This document shows positions 9,489-17,050 of a stretch of 64,000 bases of DNA, piece after piece; position 1 is the first letter of the stretch; each line of letters opens with the position of its first letter. The notes beneath the pieces were generated by a model, which did no database searches, had not been told where the DNA came from, and was given only the letters and a program-made list of their open reading frames with translations. A program made the position numbers and the translations under genes. Origin of the DNA: Spirochaetia bacterium (lineage in GTDB: Bacteria; Spirochaetota; Spirochaetia; SZUA-6; Bin103); the NCBI GenBank assembly GCA_965203055.1, contig OZ241863.1, forward strand, positions 3,648,001-3,712,000, read 5' to 3'.

Positions 9489-10637
9489 GCGCTCCGCGGG
9501 TCGATCACCATCGAGCCTGCGCCCGGCGCGGAGGACCGGTACTTCCTGACGCCGGGCTCCACCATCGGCGCGCTCGAAATCGGCGGCCTGTCGGTATCGA
9601 TCCGTCCCAAGCTGTCCATCTCGCGCGTGCTCTTTCTGGCGTCCTACGCCGCCGACAGGATCGAGCTGCGGGACCGCTTCGACTTCAGGGACGTGCAGGA
9701 CGTCGTGGAGCTGTTGGCGCTGCAGCTCGAGGCGGCCGCGCGGCAGGCGTTCGCCGCCGGACTGCTGCACGGGTATCGGACCGAGCAGGAAGCGCTGCAT
9801 ACCGTTCGCGGCCGCATCCGCGTCGAGGAGCAGCTCCGGCGCCGGTTCGGCCTCCCCGTGCCGCTGGAAGTCCAATACGACGAGTTCACGGACGACGTTA
9901 CGGCGAACCGGCTGGTGAAGGCGGCCGCCGCACGGCTCGCGCGGATGCGCACCCGCGCGCCCCGGTCGCGCGCCGGCCTGGCGTGGATCGGCGCGCGGCT
10001 CGATGCCGTGTCGCTGGTCGAGTACCCCGCGAACGCCGTGCCGGCGGTCGCGTTCGACCGGTTGAACCGCCACTACCGCCAAGTCGTGAAACTGTCCCAA
10101 CTCATCCTGCGGCAGCGGTCCTTCGATGCCGGCCGCGGCGGCGTCCACGCGGCGGGCTTTCTGATGGACATGAACGTGATCTTCCAGGAATTCGTCACGC
10201 GCGCGCTCCGGGACGCGCTGCATGTTTCGGAGCGCGTGTTCCGCTCCGATGACCAGCTCCGGCGGGTAACGCTGGACGAAGCCGGAAAGGTAGGGCTCCG
10301 GCCCGACCTGACGTGGTGGGACGGCGCGCGCTGCACGTTCGCCGGCGACGTCAAGTACAAGAGGATCAGGGACGCGCACGTGCCCAACGCCGACCTGTAC
10401 CAGCTCCTGGCCTACGTCACCGCGCTCGATCTGCCGGGCGGGCTGCTGATCTATGCGCAGGGCGAAGACGATCCGGCGTCACATCGGGTCCGTCACTCGG
10501 GGAAGCTGCTGGAGGTCGAAGCCCTCGACCTGTCCGGGACGCCGGCGGCCCTGCTCGCCAGGATCGATCAATTGGCGGACCAAGCCCGCACCCTGCGCGC
10601 CGCAGCCGTCCAACGCCTCGAACGCCGCGCGGCGTGA
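9408..10637 (+). CDS. mcrC: McrC-family restriction endonuclease subunit
   Basis: FLMDMNVIFQEFV, LRPDL, GDVKYK, ADLYQLLAY; overlaps mcrB stop. Confidence 0.9.
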   Translation: MRQIDLREYERSEPVALAIDERDRLAEALRGSITIEPAPGAEDRYFLTPGSTIGALEIGGLSVSIRPKLSISRVLFLASYAADRIELRDRFDFRDVQDVVELLALQLEAAARQAFAAGLLHGYRTEQEALHTVRGRIRVEEQLRRRFGLPVPLEVQYDEFTDDVTANRLVKAAAARLARMRTRAPRSRAGLAWIGARLDAVSLVEYPANAVPAVAFDRLNRHYRQVVKLSQLILRQRSFDAGRGGVHAAGFLMDMNVIFQEFVTRALRDALHVSERVFRSDDQLRRVTLDEAGKVGLRPDLTWWDGARCTFAGDVKYKRIRDAHVPNADLYQLLAYVTALDLPGGLLIYAQGEDDPASHRVRHSGKLLEVEALDLSGTPAALLARIDQLADQARTLRAAAVQRLERRAA

Positions 10638-10717
10638 CCGGCTAGTCGCCGGGGCGTCGCTGCGGACGCGGAACATTGGGGGCGCTGAAGGAGCGTTCGT
10701 CGCCGCAGCCCTGTTCG

Positions 10718-11251
10718 TCAGGTGCTGCCTGCTCCGAGTCGACCGAGCTCGTTCTTGAAGCGGGCGATTACCCGTTCGTTGACGTGCAATGGGTTCGATT
10801 CCTGCATCTTGTGGGCGATAGCCGTGGCTCGCTGCGGAGTGACCGCTCCGGCGGCAACGACGTCCACCAGAAGACGAAGCCCGAAGCGGGCCCGGACCGC
10901 GCGGCGCTCGCACAGCCGGCGGAGTGCCGGGTCATTGGTAACGCAGGTCCACCCTTCCTCGCGGCACGTCACGAAGCAGAGACGGTCATTGAAGGACAAG
11001 GACACATCCATATCGACGCTGCCTGCCCTGAGCAGGCGGCTGGTGGCAACCTCGACGACGGAGACCGCCAAGCGCGTACAATCGGCTCGCGTCACCCCGT
11101 GCACCGCGTCCAACACCGGCGCGAGCACGGCCACGCGGCCGACGTGTTGGCCTATGAGCTTGAGCACCTCAAGATCGGAGTCGCGGTAATCGATGAAAAC
11201 GTCCGCGTCGACCAGGAGAACGGGGGGCGCGGATCGGTTCAGGTAGCCCAC
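10718..11251 (-). CDS. PIN-domain protein (putative ribonuclease toxin)
   Basis: LLVDADVFIDY, LSFND, CVTNDPALRR acidic PIN pattern; overlaps XRE-peptidase stop. Confidence 0.7.
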   Translation of the reverse strand: MGYLNRSAPPVLLVDADVFIDYRDSDLEVLKLIGQHVGRVAVLAPVLDAVHGVTRADCTRLAVSVVEVATSRLLRAGSVDMDVSLSFNDRLCFVTCREEGWTCVTNDPALRRLCERRAVRARFGLRLLVDVVAAGAVTPQRATAIAHKMQESNPLHVNERVIARFKNELGRLGAGST

Positions 11252-12408
11252 TCACGAATGCGCTCCCGCATCTGCTCCTGGCTGAGGTTCAGGATTTCGG
11301 CGCCGCGCCCGATGGAGATACGCCCTTCCCGCAGCGCCTGGCGCACGAGGCGCGACAGACGATCTTCCATAAAATCATGCCGGGAAAGGCGGTCCGGCTC
11401 CCCCGAGCGGCCCCAATGCCAAGCGAACTCGCTCTGTCCCAGAGCGTGCGGCTCTTCGACCGTGCGCAACGTGCTCCCGGAGTACCGGCGATGTTGGGCA
11501 TGGAACGCTCCCCAGACATCGCTCGTTCCTCGCCCGGATTCGACCAGCCGGTAGAGCACCGTCTGGTAACTCACGCGGAACATCCGCTTGACCTTCAGCA
11601 CGCGCTCCAACAGCGAATGTCCCTCGGTCTGGTCCCACGCCGCCGCGAACGCCTCCTCCGGCATCAGGAACCGACTCGCGAAGGAGTCCGCTTCTCGTTC
11701 CGCCGTCGGATGGAGGTCGGTGGCGTCGCGCCGGTAATCGTCGGGGTGCAGCAACAGGTGACCCAACTCGTGGGCGGCCGTGAAGATCCAGCGCTCCACG
11801 GAGATCCGTTCCCAGGTATTCACCACCACGGCCGGGCCGCCGGCCCCGGTGCCGACGCTCAGCCCGAAGAACGAGTCGCGCCGGGTGTCCAGCAGCAGCA
11901 CCTTGACGCCGTGCCTCTCCAGCAGGCCGCAGATGTCCTGCACCGGCTCGCGTGTTCCGAGTCCGAACTTCTTGCGCGCGGCCTGTGCGACAGTAACGGC
12001 GTCATGGGCCGGGCCGGGAGGTTTCTTGACCGCGAACGGTTGAGGAGTGACGCCGAGATCAGCCTCCAGCGCGCAGTAGGCGTCGAGCCAGGTCGCAACC
12101 CGGGCCAGGATCTGCTCACGGGCGTGGACGCGCGTCCCCGCGCGAAACCGCACGCTCTCCAGGCGCCGCACCGGAGTCACCAGCTCGCCGACGGACACGC
12201 CGAGCACCTTGGCCAGCGCGGCCAGCGTCCGCGCCTGCGGCACCACCTCCCCGCGCTCGATCTTGCCCACGGACACCCGCGACAGCCCGGCCTCGCGGGC
12301 GAGCTCCGCCTGCGTGAGCTCACGGTCCAGCCGCAGCCGGGCGACGTTGGCCGCGACCCCAATTTCAGGCGCGTCTCCCTTGACAGCATCCCCTTCGACA
12401 GTTATCAT
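11239..12408 (-). CDS. XRE-family HTH fused to ImmA/IrrE (M78) zinc metallopeptidase
   Basis: LTQAELAREAGLSRVSVGKIERG HTH; FTAAHELGH zinc motif; EREADSFASRFLMP; start uncertain. Confidence 0.9.
   Translation of the reverse strand: MITVEGDAVKGDAPEIGVAANVARLRLDRELTQAELAREAGLSRVSVGKIERGEVVPQARTLAALAKVLGVSVGELVTPVRRLESVRFRAGTRVHAREQILARVATWLDAYCALEADLGVTPQPFAVKKPPGPAHDAVTVAQAARKKFGLGTREPVQDICGLLERHGVKVLLLDTRRDSFFGLSVGTGAGGPAVVVNTWERISVERWIFTAAHELGHLLLHPDDYRRDATDLHPTAEREADSFASRFLMPEEAFAAAWDQTEGHSLLERVLKVKRMFRVSYQTVLYRLVESGRGTSDVWGAFHAQHRRYSGSTLRTVEEPHALGQSEFAWHWGRSGEPDRLSRHDFMEDRLSRLVRQALREGRISIGRGAEILNLSQEQMRERIREWAT
12380..12408 (+). promoter_or_regulatory. Sigma70-type promoter P1: TTGACA-N17-TATCAT
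   Basis: Perfect -35, 17-bp spacer, 5/6 -10; related copy at 13267-13295. Confidence 0.75.
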
Positions 12409-12458
12409 ATACACAGATTCAGAAGAAATGACAATCTCAGAGACGGAGACAACACGTA

Positions 12459-12506
12459 ATGAGCACGACGATCACGTTCTTCCCAGTTGGCGACGGCGAC
12501 ATGACG
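12459..12506 (+). pseudogene. 5' stub of a metallo-beta-lactamase-fold (ComEC-like) hydrolase
   Basis: MSTTITFFPVGDGDMT resembles the MBL hydrolase N-terminal strand/GxGD motif; no HxHxDH follows. Confidence 0.55.
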
Positions 12507-12695
12507 TCCCGGATCATATCATCGGTGGCAGGCATCCGGCGGCTCCCGCATGAGGTGACGTCCAGCTCGCCGGCGGCGATGCCCGGCAGCTCGGCGGCAA
12601 CGCCGATCGACCACGCCGCGCTCACCGCGCACGATGAACCAAGCAGACCGGCGAGATAGGCCGGAAGGCAGCCGAATAGGGGAGAGGAGACATCG

Positions 12696-12812
12696 GTGAT
12701 ATTTGCACAGGCATTAGTCTTCGTTTCGTGGAAGATATACGAAACAGTCGCGTATTTTGCATACGTTGGCGTGGTTCGTATCGTTCAACTAGTTGAGTCG
12801 GTATTGTTGTGA
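12696..12812 (+). CDS. Putative 38-aa hydrophobic small protein
   Basis: GGAGAGGAG RBS, GTG start, MIFAQALVFVSWKIYETVAYFAYVGVVRIVQLVESVLL*; below ORF-track cutoff. Confidence 0.4.
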   Translation: MIFAQALVFVSWKIYETVAYFAYVGVVRIVQLVESVLL

Positions 12813-12831
12813 ACAAGATCTTCGACGGCGG

Positions 12832-13041
12832 TCATGGCTTGCGCGGCGGCAGCAGCTTCTCGCCGGTGTACGCGTCCCAGGCGTTGCCGTCAGCGTCGAC
12901 GCGGACGAGGGTGTCCTCGTGACGCATCCCCCGCGCGGCATCCGCCCGGAGCTCCTCGATCGTGATCCCTCCGAGCGGGCGCCCGGAGTAATCGCTGTCT
13001 ACGGCTTGGGTTTCTTCGGCTTCTTCTTTCTGCTTGCCCAT
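12832..13041 (-). CDS. Hypothetical 69-aa protein, paralog of 5116-5523
   Basis: MGKQKEE...DSDYSGRPL matches MGKHEE..DSDYSAKPL. Confidence 0.6.
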   Translation of the reverse strand: MGKQKEEAEETQAVDSDYSGRPLGGITIEELRADAARGMRHEDTLVRVDADGNAWDAYTGEKLLPPRKP

Positions 13042-13295
13042 CTGCGACTCATCAGGAGCTTATCGATCTCCTTCGCTATCGGCAAGAACTCGTCATACGG
13101 CCACTGCCTGATCCGCGTGGTCGGCTGTGCATGGGTGAGTATCTTGTCGAGCTGCGCCTTGAGGACCGATGACCCGCTCCGCCACGCAATGTACTGCGCA
13201 TACGCCCGCGCCCACAACTCGGCCTCGTGGGTCAGGTAGGCATTGCCGAGCTGCTGCAGGCGGCCCTTGACAGCATCTCCACCGCTGGTTATCAT
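12999..13295 (-). pseudogene. C-terminal fragment of a larger protein (ELWARAYAQYIA; possibly zincin/LPD-like, phage-derived)
   Basis: Homologous to the fragment near 5050-5143; ExxARxxxxY resembles the post-HExxH helix of zincin-like domains; the HExxH itself is absent. Confidence 0.45.
13267..13295 (+). promoter_or_regulatory. Sigma70-type promoter P2: TTGACA-N17-TATCAT
   Basis: Perfect -35, 17-bp spacer; followed by AAGGAGG RBS and ATG 13337. Confidence 0.8.
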
Positions 13296-13336
13296 ATGGT
13301 CGATGATCGTTAAGATGATACAAGGAGGATAAGAGA

Positions 13337-13939
13337 ATGGCGCGGGTCGGAACCTTGCACCATCAGGTCGTTGACCAACTGATGAAACGGTTCTATGGCG
13401 GACCGTTGATAAACAACGTCTATCGGGGAGATTACGTCGAGGCACTGATCCTTTCCGCTTTGGGAGAAAAGTGGAAGCCTATTGGCGAGTGGGGCGGTTG
13501 GGACCTGGAAAGGGACGATGGCATCCGCTTGGAAGTCAAGCAGTCGGCGGCCCGGCAGCCCTGGCACGCTGCGGCGTCTGCCGGAAAGCCTTCCCGCTCC
13601 AGCTTCTACATCACTCCTCGTGGAGGGTACTACACCGATGCCGGATTTTGGAAGAGGTTTGATCCACCTGTCCGCTTTGCCGACATCTACGTCTTTGCCT
13701 GGCACCCGGAAAAGGCTCCCGACATTGCTGACCACCGTTGGGCCGAACAGTGGGAATTTTACGTGGTACGGGAGAGCAAGCTGCCGCCGAAGCCGCAAAG
13801 GACAAAGACGCAGAAAAGAAGTATCAGTACGGTCAAGAAACTGGCGGCGGCAGTTACCTATGACGAACTGGCCGCAAAGGTAACGGAATTGGCGGCGGAG
13901 ATTCCGCGTCGAGAGCTGAAAGCCAATCGGTTGAGGTAA
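13337..13939 (+). CDS. Putative PD-(D/E)XK restriction-endonuclease-like protein
   Basis: RGDYVE...WDL...IRLEVKQSA and ADIYVFAWH...QWEFYVV; strong promoter and RBS. Confidence 0.7.
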   Translation: MARVGTLHHQVVDQLMKRFYGGPLINNVYRGDYVEALILSALGEKWKPIGEWGGWDLERDDGIRLEVKQSAARQPWHAAASAGKPSRSSFYITPRGGYYTDAGFWKRFDPPVRFADIYVFAWHPEKAPDIADHRWAEQWEFYVVRESKLPPKPQRTKTQKRSISTVKKLAAAVTYDELAAKVTELAAEIPRRELKANRLR

Positions 13940-13985
13940 CGAAGGCCACCTCACATACACCGGCAATACCGAAGGAGGATAAGAA

Positions 13986-15806
13986 ATGGCGCGTTGGATC
14001 GGTCCCGGACCTGAATACGCTCATATCGGCTACGTTCTCGATGCAGTCGTAGTCTGGAAGGATCGGTGTTTCTTGAAAGATGGATCGGTGTTTACGGACG
14101 AATCGCTATGGACGCCGGCAAACGTCGAGGAGCTCGAGCAACTGGTGAAGGCGATGGACCGAAAAATGGGGGATATAAAGGACAACGAGTGGGAGATCCG
14201 TATATGGGAGCAACTCAAAGAGAAACTGACGGATGTCCGCCCGGAGTTGATCCATCTGGCCGCGGAGGCATTCTGGTTCACGTCGTTGTATCCCGATACG
14301 AGGGAGCCGAAATGGAAGCGCGGCCGCTTTAACGAGCTGTGGGAGATGGCTCAAGCCAACCCGATTGCCCAGAGCCGGAAGCATCTGATCGATGATGATC
14401 GGGTGCTGAGGGGTGTCGCGGTCGTTCATCCTCGACACTGGTGGCTCTACATTCCATTTCCCTATCTCTTGCGGATGGTTCGCTTGTGGAAGACGGAACC
14501 GCCCGGGGTTGACTTGGAACCGCCCTGGGGATTCATCCGCTGGCTGAATACGACGGTCGAATTCAATCCGAAGGCGCCGACGAAGATGCCGATGCGCCAT
14601 GCTATTCCCTACCTGCTGTTTCCGGACTACGTTGAGCGGGTCCAATCTTCAACAGATAAGCGTAATATCATCGCTGCGTTCGGAAAACCCGAAGACAAAG
14701 TGAAAACCGATGACGAAGTGATTTACGAGATACGCGAACATCTTGAGAAGGAACGGGGAACCAAGGAACTGGATTTCTACCATCCACCGCTCGCGGAAGA
14801 GTGGCCGCGATCCGAAAAGGAAGAACCTCAAGACGACGACACTAAACCCGAAAAGGCTCTGAATGTCATTCTGTATGGGCCGCCGGGAACCGGAAAGACC
14901 TACGAGACCGCTCAGCGGTGCGTCGAGATCTGCGATGGTGAGGCGAAGCCCAGCGAGATACGCAGTCGCTATCGGGAGCTGGTCGAAGCGGGGAGAATAG
15001 AGTTCATTACCTTCCACCAGTCCTACGGCTACGAGGAGCTCGTCGAAGGGCTGCGGCCGGAGACCGGAAGCGACGCCGGGATTCGTCTTGTCGCGACCGA
15101 CGGAGTGCTCAAGCGCATTGCCCGGCGCGCCCGGGAGAACGAGGGCGAGGCGCACGTGCTGGTGATCGACGAGATCAACCGCGCCAACGTGTCCAAGGTG
15201 ATGGGCGAGCTGATCACGCTGCTGGAGGAAGACAAGCGGCAGAATGCGGAGAACGAGGTCGCCGTGACGCTGCCGCACTCCGGCGAGCGCTTCACGCTGC
15301 CCGCGAACCTGCACTTGCTCGGCACCATGAACACCGCCGACCGTTCGATCGCGCTGCTCGACACGGCGCTGCGGCGGCGGTTCCAGTTCGTGGAGCTGGC
15401 GCCCGCTCCGGCTCTGCTGGAGGCGGCGGCCGAGGCTACGGGCGTCGCCCTCCCGGCGGTGCTCCAAGCCATGAACGACCGACTGGAATGGCTGCTCGAC
15501 CGCGATCACCTGATCGGCCACGCCTGGTTCATGGCCGCCCGCACCAAAGCGGACGTGGACGAGGTGATGCGCCGCAAGATCATTCCGCTGCTGGCCGAGT
15601 ACTTCTACGAGGATTGGGGAAAGGTCCGCGCCGTACTTGGCGGCGGCGATGACTTCGTACGGGGGGAGCGGCTGAAGCCGCCGCCGAACCTCGCTGATGA
15701 CGGCTATGAGGAGGAACGGCGGCGCTGGGGGGTCGTGCCCCACGAGTTCGCGGACGGCGCCTATGACCGTTTGGTCGGGGGACGACCGGCGGACGATGCC
15801 GAATAG
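13986..15806 (+). CDS. mcrB: McrB-family AAA+ GTPase (third, distinct N-terminal domain)
   Basis: ILYGPPGTGKTY, FITFHQSYGYEE, IDEINR, MNTADRS, IGHAWF, IIPLLAEYFYEDW. Confidence 0.92.
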   Translation: MARWIGPGPEYAHIGYVLDAVVVWKDRCFLKDGSVFTDESLWTPANVEELEQLVKAMDRKMGDIKDNEWEIRIWEQLKEKLTDVRPELIHLAAEAFWFTSLYPDTREPKWKRGRFNELWEMAQANPIAQSRKHLIDDDRVLRGVAVVHPRHWWLYIPFPYLLRMVRLWKTEPPGVDLEPPWGFIRWLNTTVEFNPKAPTKMPMRHAIPYLLFPDYVERVQSSTDKRNIIAAFGKPEDKVKTDDEVIYEIREHLEKERGTKELDFYHPPLAEEWPRSEKEEPQDDDTKPEKALNVILYGPPGTGKTYETAQRCVEICDGEAKPSEIRSRYRELVEAGRIEFITFHQSYGYEELVEGLRPETGSDAGIRLVATDGVLKRIARRARENEGEAHVLVIDEINRANVSKVMGELITLLEEDKRQNAENEVAVTLPHSGERFTLPANLHLLGTMNTADRSIALLDTALRRRFQFVELAPAPALLEAAAEATGVALPAVLQAMNDRLEWLLDRDHLIGHAWFMAARTKADVDEVMRRKIIPLLAEYFYEDWGKVRAVLGGGDDFVRGERLKPPPNLADDGYEEERRRWGVVPHEFADGAYDRLVGGRPADDAE

Positions 15807-17043
15807 CCGGACTGCCGACTCTTTCACGTGTCGGGAATGGCAGCATCTGCCGGTCGGCGGTAACGGCCTTTCGGAGCGAGATGCCCGCCGACTGCACGCG
15901 CTTGCCGAGCGCGCACGCCGGCGGTTGGCGCCGCCGGCGGAGGTCCTGACCCGTACTAGCACCGGCATCAAGGCGGGTCAGGTAGTAGGCGTTCTGGCCG
16001 TGCCCGGCGGGCCGACCCTCGAGATCCTGCCCAAGATCGATCATGAGAACGGCGCCGTGCGGGCGGCGCTGGTGCGCATGCTCGCGGTCGCCTGGGGCTT
16101 GCGCGTGACCGACGGTGAGCTTGCGTCGATGGACACTCAGCGGTGCGATCTCCTCGAGATACTCATCCGGCTGTTCATCGCGCGACTGCTCACGATCGTC
16201 CGCCGCGGGTTGCCGCGCCGCTATCGCGAGCATCAGGAGGACCTGAAGCAACTGCGCGGTCGTCTGAACGTGACGCGGCAGGTAACCCGTTTCGTTGGCC
16301 GTCCCGATCAGATCGCCTGCCGCTTCGAGGAGTGGTCCGAGGACACGCCGCTGAACCGCGTGCTGAAGGCCGCGGTGTCGAGGCTCGCCGGTCTGACGCG
16401 CTCGGCCGATACCAGCCGGCGGCTCGCCGAGCTTGCCGCCCGCCTGGAGTTCGTGGGCGATACTGCGGACCCGTTGCGCGAGCAGGTGCGTCTGGACCGC
16501 ACCAACACGGCGTTTCACGACATATATCGTCAGGCCTGCCGGTTTCTCGCCCGGGAGTGGCAAGATACGACCACCGGAGCCGCGCAGGGCTTCGCACTGC
16601 TGTTCCCCATGAACGAGCTGTTCGAGGAGTTCGTGGGCCGCAGCGTTCGCGCCGCCTCTTCCCGGCCCGTCCATCTCCAACACTGGAGGCATCATGCGGT
16701 CGACGCCGCGCGCCCGCTGTTCGCCCTGCGGCCCGACATCGCCGTGGAGACGCCGGACGGCTGGGTCATTCTCGATACGAAGTGGAAGCGGCTCACGTTC
16801 GGCGACGACAAGCTGGGTATCGCCTCATCCGACATCTACCAGATGGCGGTCTACGGCGACGCCTATCGCGCCCAACGAGTGGTTCTGATCTATCCGTGGC
16901 ATGAGGGCGTGGACCGCCCGCCCGGGATTCTCCGCAACTGGTCGATCCGCGGCACCGGCCGCCGGCTCGACGTCGCGACCGTGGACGTCGGCCGCCCCGA
17001 TGCGGTGGTCGAATCGTTGCGCCAAATCGTGACCAACGGGTGA
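15796..17043 (+). CDS. mcrC: McrC-family restriction endonuclease subunit
   Basis: LEILPKI, LLFPMNELFEEFV, LRPDI, ILDTKWK, SDIYQM; start set at ATG overlapping mcrB end. Confidence 0.9.
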   Translation: MPNSRTADSFTCREWQHLPVGGNGLSERDARRLHALAERARRRLAPPAEVLTRTSTGIKAGQVVGVLAVPGGPTLEILPKIDHENGAVRAALVRMLAVAWGLRVTDGELASMDTQRCDLLEILIRLFIARLLTIVRRGLPRRYREHQEDLKQLRGRLNVTRQVTRFVGRPDQIACRFEEWSEDTPLNRVLKAAVSRLAGLTRSADTSRRLAELAARLEFVGDTADPLREQVRLDRTNTAFHDIYRQACRFLAREWQDTTTGAAQGFALLFPMNELFEEFVGRSVRAASSRPVHLQHWRHHAVDAARPLFALRPDIAVETPDGWVILDTKWKRLTFGDDKLGIASSDIYQMAVYGDAYRAQRVVLIYPWHEGVDRPPGILRNWSIRGTGRRLDVATVDVGRPDAVVESLRQIVTNG

Positions 17044-17050
17044 CGCGGAT

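Noticed and set aside
10655..10712. GC-rich inverted repeat between convergent mcrC and PIN genes
   Set aside because: Imperfect, long loop and no U-tract; cannot support a terminator call.
12459..12659. Intact CBASS or ubiquitin-like system, or an intact 66-aa protein
   Set aside because: Only a 16-codon MBL-like stub; no cyclase, E1, E2 or JAB gene seen.
4981..13985. Integron cassette array or shufflon explanation for the mosaic region
   Set aside because: No attC-like RYYYAAC...GTTRRRY sites recognised and no integrase or invertase in the window; kept only as open hypotheses in findings.
13940..13985. Possible fourth copy of the 33-bp motif before mcrB3
   Set aside because: Only CCAC-CTCAC and GAAGGAGGATA match; too weak beyond a shared RBS.
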